DNA from: an uncultured delta proteobacterium
Lineage (GTDB): Bacteria; Myxococcota_A; Polyangia; Polyangiales; Polyangiaceae
Reading direction: 5' to 3'
Assembly: GCA_963841435.1 (NCBI GenBank)
Contig: CAWJCS010000003.1
Coordinates: 768,001 to 832,000, forward strand
Length of the DNA: 64,000 bases
A model generated the notes under the pieces. That model saw only the letters and a list, made by a program, of their open reading frames with translations, did not search any database and was not told where the DNA came from. Within the stretch, counting starts at the first letter, position 1, and each line of letters begins with the position of its first letter. Made by a program: the position numbers and the translations under genes. This document shows, piece after piece, positions 38,752-47,604 of the stretch.

Positions 38752-40369
38752 ATGCTTGCGCTCCTCCGCGATCGCCCGCTACTGGTGTTGTTCCTCGTGG
38801 CCGCGCTCGGCTATCTCGTCGGGCGCGTGCGCGTCGCGGGCTTCTCGCTCGGCGTGGCGGCGGTGCTCTTCGTGGGCCTCGGTCTCGGCTGGGCGCTGCC
38901 GGGCGTGGTGCTGCCCGATTTCGCGGGTCAGCTCGGGCTGGTCCTCTTCGTGTACACGGTCGGCATCGCGAGCGGCCCGACGTTCTTCTCGGCGTTGCGC
39001 CTGAGAGGCCTGCGCGACAACGCGCTCGCGCTCGGCGTCGTCATCTCCGGCGCCTTTTCGACGTGGGTGCTCGGACGCGCCGCCGGTCTCGGGAGCCCCA
39101 TGCTCGCGGGCCTGCTCGCCGGCGCCACGACGAACACCCCGGCGCTCGCCAGCGTGGTCGACGTGCTGCGCCGCAGCGGCGCGAGCGACCAGCTTCGCGC
39201 CATTCCCGTGATCGCCTATTCGATCGCGTACCCCGCGGGCGTTTTGATCCCACTCCTCGCCGTGTGGGCGACCGACCGCTTCGCGCGGCGCCCGACGGCC
39301 GGCGACGCCTCGGGCTACGGTGTGCCGAGCATCCGGCCCATCGTGAGCGCGACGCTGGCGATCGACGCCGATCACCGACGAACCGGCCGACCAGCTCAGG
39401 CACGGAGCGGGCTACGGTGTCGTTTTCGGCAGGGTGCGGCGCGGCGCGGTCTCGAACGTCGTGCACGGCGACACGCGCTTCGCACCGGGCGATCTCGTCA
39501 CCGTCGTCGGCACGGAGCGCGACCTCGGCGCGGCCGTCGCGGCGCTCGGCCATCTGTCAGCCGAGCACATCGAGCACGATCGTTCCGAAATCGACTACCG
39601 GCGCATGTTCGTGTCGAACCCGCTCGTCGAAGGCGTCGAGCTCGGCGCGCTCGATCTCGGCCGGCGCTTCGACGCCGCGGTCACACGCGTCCGGCGCGGG
39701 GACGTTGACATCGTTCCAGAGGCCGACTTCCGCATCGAGCCGGGCGACCGGGTGCGCGTCGTTGCGCCGAAACGCCACATGGCCGAGCTCGAGCAGCTCT
39801 TCGGCGACTCGCAGCGGCGCGTGGCGGAAATCGACGTGCTCACCTTCGGGCTCGGGATTGCCCTTGGGCTCCTGCTCGGCGCCGTGCCGTTCCCACTGCC
39901 GGGCGGCAAGTCGTTCGAGCTCGGTCTCGCGGGCGGTCCGCTCATTGCGGGGCTCGTGCTCGGGCAGCTCGGACGCACGGGGCCGCTCGTCTGGACGCTA
40001 CCGTTCGGTGCGAACCTGACGCTCCGGCAACTCGGCATCGTGCTCTTTTTGGCTGGCGTCGGCGTGCGCGCGGGCGGCTCGCTCGGCGGCGCCCTCGATG
40101 GGGACGCGGCCGTCGCGACCGTCTGGGTGGGGGTCGTCGTGACGGCGCTCGCGTCACTTCTCACGCTCGGCATCGCACGGCTCGTGCTCGGCGTTCCGGC
40201 AGCGGTCGCCTTCGGCCTGCTCGCCGGCATCCAGACGCAGCCGGCCGTGCTCGCGTTCGCGGTCGAGAAGACGGGCAAGGACGCGCCGAACCTCGGCTAC
40301 ACGAGCGTCTATCCCATCGCGACGGTCGGGAAGATCCTGCTCGCGCAGGTGCTGCTCGGCTTGCGCTGA
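38752..40369 (+). pseudogene. AspT/YidE/YbjL (aspartate:alanine exchanger, SucE-like) transporter with TrkA-C domains, +1 frame change near 39370
   Basis: N-half LGVAAVLFVGL..GATTNTPAL..YSIAYPAG in ORF 38752. The frame from ATC 39371 gives ITDEPADQLRHGAGYGVVFGRVRRG.., continuing into 39434..40369 (GLAGGPLIAGLVLG, GIQTQPAVLAF, YP). Confidence 0.82.
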
Positions 40370-40473
40370 CCCCGTCCACAGGCAGCCCGGCGCTCGCTAC
40401 TCGGGGACCAACGACAGAGCGCGCGCGCCAACGCAAATCCTCGCTCCACGGACATGGCGCAACGCAGTTCTTG

Positions 40474-40556
40474 CGCGTTGCAACGCGGTTTCGTCGCGAT
40501 TTTTGCGGCAGATCGGGCGGCTCGCGCAAATCGATCGGAGTGGTCCGACCTTTGCA
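40474..40556 (+). promoter_or_regulatory. Putative sigma54 promoter (40541-40556) with upstream 14-bp palindrome (40474-40487)
   Basis: TGGTCCGACCTTTGCA = GG-N10-GC; CGCGTTGCAACGCG is a perfect palindrome. Confidence 0.6.
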
Positions 40557-40589
40557 CACAAGGTCATATCCCACGGCATGGAGGGCACC

Positions 40590-41099
40590 ATGAACACGAG
40601 TGAACGTTTGGTCGGAGACATCATGTCGGACCTCTTGGTGTGCGTCGACGCCACCACGCTGGTCGGCAGAATCCACGAGCTTTCCCGCGAGCGCGGCATC
40701 CACCACTTTCCGGTGCTCGGCTACGGATCGGTGGTCGGCTTCGTCTGCACGTGCGACCTCGAGGAAGCACCACCGAGTCAGTCCGTCGGCGAGCTGATGC
40801 GGAGTCAGGTGATCACCGTGCAGAAGGCCGCCACGGCCGCCGACGCCGCCCGCATGATGCTCCTGCACGACGTGGGCTCGGCCGTCGTCCTCGAACGCGA
40901 CGTGCCCTGCGGCATCGTGACCCGCGCCGATCTCATCCGGCTCGGCGAGGACATCGCGGAGATCATGGGAGAGTGCCACTGCGCGAGCTGCGGCAGCTTC
41001 GAGCACCTGAAAATCGACCGCTCGGGGCAGAAGCTCTGCCAGGAGTGCCGTGACCGCGCGCACGAGCACGGCTCCATCGAGGTAGGAGGCAGCGGCTGA
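40590..41099 (+). CDS. CBS-pair protein with C-terminal CxxC..CxxC zinc-ribbon-like tail
   Basis: GGAGG RBS; VGDIM..IHHFPV..VGFV..DL; VGELM..VGSAVV..GIVTRADL; CASC-x15-CQEC. Confidence 0.85.
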   Translation: MNTSERLVGDIMSDLLVCVDATTLVGRIHELSRERGIHHFPVLGYGSVVGFVCTCDLEEAPPSQSVGELMRSQVITVQKAATAADAARMMLLHDVGSAVVLERDVPCGIVTRADLIRLGEDIAEIMGECHCASCGSFEHLKIDRSGQKLCQECRDRAHEHGSIEVGGSG

Positions 41100-42550
41100 T
41101 GTCGAGCACGACGAGCTCTCCGTTCGAGGGGTACGCGTCACCGAGCTACGACGAGCTGATCGTCCAGGGTGACTCGGCTCGGGGCCCCGCGCGGCGGCTC
41201 GCCGACCTTTTGCGCACGCTCGGTCCCGAACGCCTGCGCGCGCGGCAGGCTGCCGCCGTGGCGGATATTCGCCGGCTCGGCATCACGTTCACCGTCTACG
41301 ACTTCTCGGGCAACATCGATCGCGAGTGGCCGTTCGACATCATCCCGCGCGTCCTCGGCGCCGACGAGTGGCTGCGCATCGAGCGCGGCCTCATGCAGCG
41401 GCTCCGGGCGCTGAACGCGTTCATCAGCGACGTTTACAACGAGCAGCGCGTCGTCAAGGCGGGCGTGCTTCCGGCCGAGCTGCTGCGAACCTCGCGCTAT
41501 TTTCTGGAGAGCTGCCGCGGCATTCGCCCGAAGTACGGGGTGTGGGCGCACATTTCGGGCAGTGATCTGGTCCGCGACAAGGACGGAGAGGTGTACGTCC
41601 TCGAGGATAACCTGCGCATCCCCTCGGGCGTGTCGTACATGCTCGAAAACCGCGCCGTCACCAAGCGCGTGTTCCCCGAGCTGTTCAGCGATCAGAGCAT
41701 CCACCCCGTCAACGGCTACGTGAGCCGCCTGCACGACCTACTCTGCTCGCTCGCACCCGACGGCGTCGACGACCCGACCATCGTACTGCTCACGCCCGGC
41801 GTGCACAACTCCGCGTACTTCGAGCATTGCTACCTCGCGCAGGAGATGGGCGTCGAGCTCGTCGAGGGGCGCGACTTGTTCGTCGAGAACGACCGCCTGT
41901 ACGCGCGCACCATCGCCGGGCCGGAGCGCGTGCACGTCGTCTACCGGCGCGTCGACGACGCTTTCCTCGACCCCGCGGCGTTCCGCTCCGATTCGACGCT
42001 CGGCGTGCGCGGCCTGCTCGGCGCGTTCCGCGCCGGGAACGTCGCGCTCGTCAACGCGCCCGGCGCCGGCGTCGCCGACGACAAGGTCGTCTACTCGTAC
42101 GTGCCCGACCTCGTGCGCTACTACCTCGGCGAGGACCCCATCCTGCCCAACGTTCCGACGTTTCGCCTCGTCGACGAGCGCGAGCGCGCCCACGTGTTCT
42201 CGAAGCTCGAAGATTTCGTGGTCAAGCCAGCCAACGAATCGGGCGGCTACGGCGTCGTGATCGGCGATCAGGCCTCGCACGCGGACCTCGAGCGCTGCCG
42301 CGAGGCCGTGCTCGCCGACCCGAGAAACTTCATCGCGCAGCCCATCGTGAGGCTCTCGACGGCGCCCACCTTGTGCGGTGACTCGCTGCGCCCGCGGCAC
42401 CTCGATTTGCGTCCGTTCGTTCTGAGCGGCCTCGAGCAGTACGTGACGCGAGGCGGCCTCACACGCGTGGCACTGCGCGAAGGCTCGCTCGTCGTGAACT
42501 CGTCCCAGGGCGGGGGCAGCAAGGACACCTGGATCGTCGCCTCCAACTGA
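41099..42550 (+). CDS. Circularly permuted type 2 ATP-grasp protein
   Basis: GITFTVY..PFDIIPR, DLVR..VLEDNLRIPSGVSYMLENR, LTPGVHNSAYFEH, YRRVDDAFLDP, GVADDK, KPANESGGYG, HLDLRPF, GGLTRVAL..VVNSSQGGGSKDTW. Confidence 0.93.
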   Translation: MSSTTSSPFEGYASPSYDELIVQGDSARGPARRLADLLRTLGPERLRARQAAAVADIRRLGITFTVYDFSGNIDREWPFDIIPRVLGADEWLRIERGLMQRLRALNAFISDVYNEQRVVKAGVLPAELLRTSRYFLESCRGIRPKYGVWAHISGSDLVRDKDGEVYVLEDNLRIPSGVSYMLENRAVTKRVFPELFSDQSIHPVNGYVSRLHDLLCSLAPDGVDDPTIVLLTPGVHNSAYFEHCYLAQEMGVELVEGRDLFVENDRLYARTIAGPERVHVVYRRVDDAFLDPAAFRSDSTLGVRGLLGAFRAGNVALVNAPGAGVADDKVVYSYVPDLVRYYLGEDPILPNVPTFRLVDERERAHVFSKLEDFVVKPANESGGYGVVIGDQASHADLERCREAVLADPRNFIAQPIVRLSTAPTLCGDSLRPRHLDLRPFVLSGLEQYVTRGGLTRVALREGSLVVNSSQGGGSKDTWIVASN

Positions 42551-42570
42551 ATCTCCTTACGGTCATCGCC

Positions 42571-43476
42571 ATGTTGCTTTCACGAACCGCCGAGTCCATG
42601 TACTGGCTGGGTCGCTACCTCGAACGGGCGCACTCCCTCGCACAAGCTCTGAAGGCCTACGAGGCGCTGACGCTCGACATGCCGCGCCCGAGCTCGAGTG
42701 TGGACTATGCGCCCATGGGCGCGCTCTCGGGCTTCGACCCAAAAATGCACACCGGTCGGCTCGGCCTCGCGTCGCTCCTACTCGACGAAACGAACCCGTC
42801 AACGGTGCTCGGCGCACTGCAGGCCGCGCGCGAAAACCTGCGACAGAGTCGTCCCTCCGTGCCGATCGAGGCGTGGGAAACGCTGAACGGTCTCTACCTC
42901 GACCTCGGTTCCCTGCCGGATCGAGAGCCCGGCACGCTGTCCTTGGCACTTGCCGACGCCGTGGCCGGTTCGCGCGAGCTCCAGGGAACGATCAGCGTCG
43001 AGATGCTGCGCGATTCGACGCTCGGCTTCCTGTCGATGGGCATTCATCTCGAGCGAGCGGACATGGTGCTGCGCACGCTCGTCGTGCTTTCCAACGCGCT
43101 CGGACTCTGGGGAAATCAGCACGCCTTCGACGATGTCCGGCTTTCGGGCCTGCTCCGGGCCGTGGCGGCGCACACCATGTACCGGCGGCGGCATCGCATG
43201 AAGACGAACCTCGAGACCGTGCTCGACTTCGTTCTGCTCGACCGCGAGTTCCCCCGCAGCATCGACTACTGCCTCTCCCGCCTCGATGCCCGGCTTCGCG
43301 TGCTGCCCGATCCGAACGGCCCGCTGAAATGCGTCGCCGAGGCGCGACCGGACCCGTCGGCGGTGCGCGCGGCCACCACCTCGGCGGGGCTCACGGCCTT
43401 CGCCGAGGGGCAGCTCGAGCGCCTGGCACGCGTCAACGGCGCGCTCGGCGCGAAGTACTTCGCGAGCGCTGCCTGA
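42571..43476 (+). CDS. Alpha-E domain protein (DUF403)
   Basis: MLLSRTAESMYWLGRYLERA, AARENLR..EAWETLN, GIHLERAD, LLDREFPRSI; adjacent to the ATP-grasp gene. Confidence 0.92.
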   Translation: MLLSRTAESMYWLGRYLERAHSLAQALKAYEALTLDMPRPSSSVDYAPMGALSGFDPKMHTGRLGLASLLLDETNPSTVLGALQAARENLRQSRPSVPIEAWETLNGLYLDLGSLPDREPGTLSLALADAVAGSRELQGTISVEMLRDSTLGFLSMGIHLERADMVLRTLVVLSNALGLWGNQHAFDDVRLSGLLRAVAAHTMYRRRHRMKTNLETVLDFVLLDREFPRSIDYCLSRLDARLRVLPDPNGPLKCVAEARPDPSAVRAATTSAGLTAFAEGQLERLARVNGALGAKYFASAA

Positions 43477-43650
43477 GCATCGGCTTTCGAGTCTCGGGCA
43501 CGACCCCGCGCGTCACCGGCCGCCGATCCCGAGGAGCTTCTGGCGGTTTCGGCCCGCGTCAACCGGCTTGCCGAGAGCTTCGAGCTCTGGCGGCTGCGCT
43601 TCGAGGCGGATCAGCTCGACTGGCAGCGCCTCGCCGCCGACGAGGCGCGC

Positions 43651-44283
43651 GTGCGCGAGGCCCGGATCCTCGACCAGCTTTCGCGCGCAGGCGCGCGGTT
43701 TTCGAGCGATCCGTTCGACGCGCGCGCAAGCTTGCGCCCCCCGCGCGTGCCCTCCGAGCTCAAGTCGCGGCCGACGGCGGCGCCGAGCCCGGTCATCGAT
43801 TCGAGTCGCGCTCCACCTCCGGGCCCCGCCGTGAGCGGCGCGCTCGAAGACGTGAGCCTCGCCACCCTGCTCGGGATCTTCGAGCTCGAGCGGCGCGACG
43901 GCGTCTTCCGGCTCGCGGCGCCCGAAGGCACCGTGGAGCTCGAGCTCCGGCGCGGCGCCATCGTGCGCGCGCGGAGCGACGGGCAAGATAGCGACGTCGT
44001 GACGGTTCTCGCACGGGCGTTCGACTTTCGTGCGGCAGAGTTCGAGTTCACGCGCGTACCGGTCACGGCGGATTCGGATGCACCGTTGTCGCTGAACGGC
44101 CTCTTACTCGATGTCTTCTACCGGCACGACGAGGCCCGCCGCGCGATGGGAGCGCGGACGGTGCAAAAAATCGCGCTAGCTACTGCTTTTCGACGCCGGC
44201 GCAGGCCGCGGCCTTGTCAGCGTAGGGTGAGCGCTCGCCCTGCTTCGCCCGCTGCTGATACTTCGAAGGGCACTTCGCCATGA
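43651..44283 (+). CDS. DUF4388-like (PatA-N) domain protein; start and end uncertain
   Basis: SGALEDVSLATLLGIFELERRDGVF..GAIVRA..EFEF..LNGLLLD..DEARR. The frame is open back to 43477; the 3' end overlaps convergent ccmE. Confidence 0.7.
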   Translation: MREARILDQLSRAGARFSSDPFDARASLRPPRVPSELKSRPTAAPSPVIDSSRAPPPGPAVSGALEDVSLATLLGIFELERRDGVFRLAAPEGTVELELRRGAIVRARSDGQDSDVVTVLARAFDFRAAEFEFTRVPVTADSDAPLSLNGLLLDVFYRHDEARRAMGARTVQKIALATAFRRRRRPRPCQRRVSARPASPAADTSKGTSP

Positions 44284-44743
44284 TGCCCGTGGCCTGCAGA
44301 AACCCTGCAGGGTCGAGCGTGCCATCGACGGTCATGTCGACGCGCATGCCCGGCAGATCCTGCACCGTGTCCGGCAACGTGCACGCCGCATAACGAACCG
44401 GAAGCTTGCGCGAGCCCGCCGCCATGGTGAAACGAAACTCGCACGGTTGGTCACGGCGCACGAGCGTGCAATGCTCGAGCACGCCTTCCACTTTCAGGCT
44501 CCGCCCCAAGAGCTCGTTTTTATGCTCGACGACCTCGGCGACCGTCTTCGAAAAGCGACCCTCGAAAGTCGTGAACACCAGCGTGATGAGCGCGCCACCG
44601 ACCACCAACAGGCCGACCAGGAGCCCGCGACTTCCCTTCCGAGGTCGAGACTCGACGGGCATCGCCACGGCGAGGTCCTCGGTCGGAGCGGCCTGTTCGG
44701 ACTCGCGCAGCGCCTCCGCGAGCTCCTCGTCAACCTTCGCCAT
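44180..44743 (-). CDS. ccmE: Cytochrome c maturation heme chaperone CcmE (CxxxY variant)
   Basis: TM anchor, OB-fold-like LKVEGVL..LPVRY..LPD..VDG..FLQATGIMAKCPSKY. Confidence 0.85.
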   Translation of the reverse strand: MAKVDEELAEALRESEQAAPTEDLAVAMPVESRPRKGSRGLLVGLLVVGGALITLVFTTFEGRFSKTVAEVVEHKNELLGRSLKVEGVLEHCTLVRRDQPCEFRFTMAAGSRKLPVRYAACTLPDTVQDLPGMRVDMTVDGTLDPAGFLQATGIMAKCPSKYQQRAKQGERSPYADKAAACAGVEKQ

Positions 44744-44829
44744 CGCTCTTCAAGCCTAGCTCCAGCACGGGGTCCGGTCGAGCAGCCCCCTTCGCCCGAG
44801 AACCGCCACGCCGCGCCGAGACCCGCCCC

Positions 44830-46632
44830 GTGAAAGCGTCAGTACCCACTGAAGGCCGCCGAGAGCCACTGCGAGAGAGCCTCGCAGCGCTCACGACCGC
44901 CGTGACGCGCGCCACCTCGGCGTACCGGGCCCGCATCGACGCCGCACTGCCCCGCCATCGCGAGAGCGCAGAGAACCTCGCGCACTACCTCGGTCTCCGA
45001 CAGCAAGACGTGCGCGAGCTGCAGCTCGAGCTCGCAGCGATCGGCCTGTCGTCGCTCGGCCGCTCGGAGGGGCACGTGCTCGACATCCTCGAGCGCCTCG
45101 GCGCATGGCTCGCGAACGATGCCGATCGCGCCGCGTCGGACCCCGAGGACCGCCTCGACTGGGCCCGTGCCCGGGCCATCTTGCACGAGAACACGCACGC
45201 CCTGTTCGGCGAGCGCCCCACCGAGCGGCACGTCTACATCATGGTGACGGCGCCCGACGCCGCGGAGGTCACGCCCGACTGGGCCGATCGGATCCTCGAC
45301 GCTGGCGCCGACATCCTGCGCATCAACGCAGCTCACGGCGATGCCGACGGCTGGCGTGCGACGGCCGCTTGCTTCACGGCGCGCGCCACGCTGCGCGGAC
45401 GGCCGGGTCGCGTCATCGTCGATCTGCCGGGCCCGAAGTTTCGCGCCGAGCTCAGGCAGCGCGAGCGCGCCGTGCTCCACTTCGCGCGCAAAAAGGACCG
45501 GCTCGGCAAGACGACCGAGCCGACGCTCGTCACGCTCGTCGCCGAGCACGGCGGCGAGCGCGAGGTGCCGATCCCGCCCAGCTGGCTGCCCGCGCTAGAG
45601 CGAGGCGACGTGCTCGAGCTCACCGACGCCGCGGGCCGCAAGCGGCAGCTCGTCGTCGAGCGCAGCGAGCCTACGCGCGTCATCGCGTCGTCGGAGCAGT
45701 CGCTGTACGTCGTCGCATCACTGCCGCTCACCTGGCGGCGCGGCGACGCCACGCTCGGCGAGGGCAGCGTGGGCTCGCTCCCGTTCGTGCCCACGACGCT
45801 CCGCCTGAGCCCCGGCGACGCGTTCGTGCTGAGCGCGCGAGACGATACGGAAGCGGGCGACCTCCCCGAGCTCACCATGCCGGAGCCCGGGCTGCTCGCG
45901 CAGGTGCGCCCCGGTGAGCGGGTGATCCTCGACGACGGAAAAATCGCCGCCGTCGTCGAAGAACGCCGCGGCGAGGGGCTGGTCTGCCGCGTGCACAAGG
46001 CGCTCCGCGCGCCCACGCGGCTCCGCTCCGGCAAGGGCATCGCCTTTCCCGACAGCACGCTCGAGGTCCCCGGACTCGGCGAGCGCGACGCCCTCGCGCT
46101 CCGGGTGGCGCTCGAGGTGGCGCACGGCGTCGGCGTGTCGTTCGTGAGCTCGGCCGCCGACGTCGCCGACGTGGGCGAGCGCATCCGCGCCGCCGAGAAG
46201 CCCGGCTTCGGCATGATCCTCAAGCTCGAAACGCGCGGCGCCATGGATCACCTGCCCGACATCCTCTTCGAGGCGATGAAGTACCACCCCGTCGGCCTCA
46301 TGATCGCGCGCGGCGACCTCGCCGTGGAGCTCACCTTCGAGCGCCTCGCCGAGATGCAAGAGGAGCTTCTCTGGTTCGGCGAGGCCTGCCACTTGCCCGT
46401 GGTCTGGGCGACCGAAGTGCTCGACACCGTGGCGCACTCGGGCGTCCCCACGCGCGCCGAGGTGACGGACGCCGCGATGTCGATGCGCGCCGAGTGCGTC
46501 ATGCTCAACAAGGGCCCCTTCATCGCCGACGCCACGCGCATGCTCGCCGACATCATCCACAAGATGGAAAAGCATCAGTACAAGAAGCGCTCGCTCTTCC
46601 GGAAGCTCGGGCTCGCAAAGGAACGGTCGTGA
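44830..46632 (+). CDS. pyk: Pyruvate kinase (long atypical type, apparently lacking the C-terminal allosteric domain)
   Basis: IMVT, LRINAAH, DLPGPKFR, LDDGKI, SFV, LKLET, MIARGDLAVE, WATEVL, PTRAEVTDA, ECVMLNKG. Confidence 0.88.
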   Translation: MKASVPTEGRREPLRESLAALTTAVTRATSAYRARIDAALPRHRESAENLAHYLGLRQQDVRELQLELAAIGLSSLGRSEGHVLDILERLGAWLANDADRAASDPEDRLDWARARAILHENTHALFGERPTERHVYIMVTAPDAAEVTPDWADRILDAGADILRINAAHGDADGWRATAACFTARATLRGRPGRVIVDLPGPKFRAELRQRERAVLHFARKKDRLGKTTEPTLVTLVAEHGGEREVPIPPSWLPALERGDVLELTDAAGRKRQLVVERSEPTRVIASSEQSLYVVASLPLTWRRGDATLGEGSVGSLPFVPTTLRLSPGDAFVLSARDDTEAGDLPELTMPEPGLLAQVRPGERVILDDGKIAAVVEERRGEGLVCRVHKALRAPTRLRSGKGIAFPDSTLEVPGLGERDALALRVALEVAHGVGVSFVSSAADVADVGERIRAAEKPGFGMILKLETRGAMDHLPDILFEAMKYHPVGLMIARGDLAVELTFERLAEMQEELLWFGEACHLPVVWATEVLDTVAHSGVPTRAEVTDAAMSMRAECVMLNKGPFIADATRMLADIIHKMEKHQYKKRSLFRKLGLAKERS

Positions 46633-46877
46633 GCGCGCTCCTTCCGGCGGGAGGGGTTGGGATGGGTGGAGGCGACCCCATTCCCTCCCCGAAATGAAGT
46701 CGCGGCGCGCCGTTCCACTCAGGGACCGGAAACGTTCGGCACCCGGCGCCGGCGGGCGTTTCCACGGAGCACGAGCCTCGCTCGCCCTCGCCGGCCACAC
46801 GGGCTTCAGCGCCGTTTCGAGCCCCGTTCCGTCATCGTTTTCGCCGTCCCGGCCACGGTTCTGCTACGTCAGGGGCC

Positions 46878-47540
46878 ATGGCCCTGGGCTACAGCAAGGC
46901 GTTCACCTACACGATGGTCGCGGCCATGGCGTGGTCCGCGTGGGCCCTCGTGCGGTCGCCCCCGTCGCTCGTCGTCGGCCTGTTCCTGTTCGCTTTCTGC
47001 ATGGTCATCACCGACCTGATCAGCGGCCTTTTGCACGTCGTCCTCGACAACCCGCGCTCGCTCGACCTCGCACCCATCCGCGGCCTCGCGCAGGGCTTCC
47101 AGCGCCACCATCAGAACCCCGCCAACATCTACGAGATGCCGCTCTACCAGCACCTGTACGTGATGCACATGCCGCTCACGCTACTCTTCTTCGTGGTGCT
47201 GCCCTTCCACGAGCCGGGAATGTACGTCGTGTTCCTGAGTATGATCGTCGGGCTCCACGTGATGCAGATGGCCCATCTGTGGGCCCACCTCCCGCTTTCA
47301 CGGGTGCCGAGGGTCGTTCGCTGGCTACAGAACGGGCGGGTGCTGCTCAGCAAGCGGCAGCACGACCTTCACCACACGCCCCCCTACGACAAGGACTTTT
47401 GCATCATGACGGGCGCCTGCAATCGCCCGCTCAATGCTGCAGTGCGCCTCCTCGGGCCGACCACGCACTGGTGGCTTTTCATCTTCCTGCTTTCGACGCT
47501 CTCGCCGCTCGCCGTCGCCTTCGTGACGGCGCGCCTCTAG
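46878..47540 (+). CDS. CarF/TMEM189/FAD4-family His-box membrane lipid desaturase
   Basis: DLISGLLHVVLDN, FQRHH, HLWAH, WLQ, HDLHH..PYDKDFCIMTG.CN. Confidence 0.82.
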   Translation: MALGYSKAFTYTMVAAMAWSAWALVRSPPSLVVGLFLFAFCMVITDLISGLLHVVLDNPRSLDLAPIRGLAQGFQRHHQNPANIYEMPLYQHLYVMHMPLTLLFFVVLPFHEPGMYVVFLSMIVGLHVMQMAHLWAHLPLSRVPRVVRWLQNGRVLLSKRQHDLHHTPPYDKDFCIMTGACNRPLNAAVRLLGPTTHWWLFIFLLSTLSPLAVAFVTARL

Positions 47541-47604
47541 TGCGCTCGGCTCTGCCCCGCGGAACCCTGGGCGGGGATCGTTCGGGGACGGCGGGCAAAA
47601 AGCC

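Noticed and set aside
43474-43476. Selenocysteine codon
   Set aside because: The TGA falls at the normal end of an alpha-E protein in an Ala-rich context with no redox motif, and I see no convincing bacterial SECIS.
46649-46692. GC-rich imperfect hairpin after pyk as an ncRNA
   Set aside because: Single copy in the window; most simply a terminator or REP-like stem.
46851-46865. Sigma54-like GGCCACGGTTCTGCT upstream of the desaturase
   Set aside because: Spacing fits but both half-sites deviate; likely to arise by chance at this GC content.
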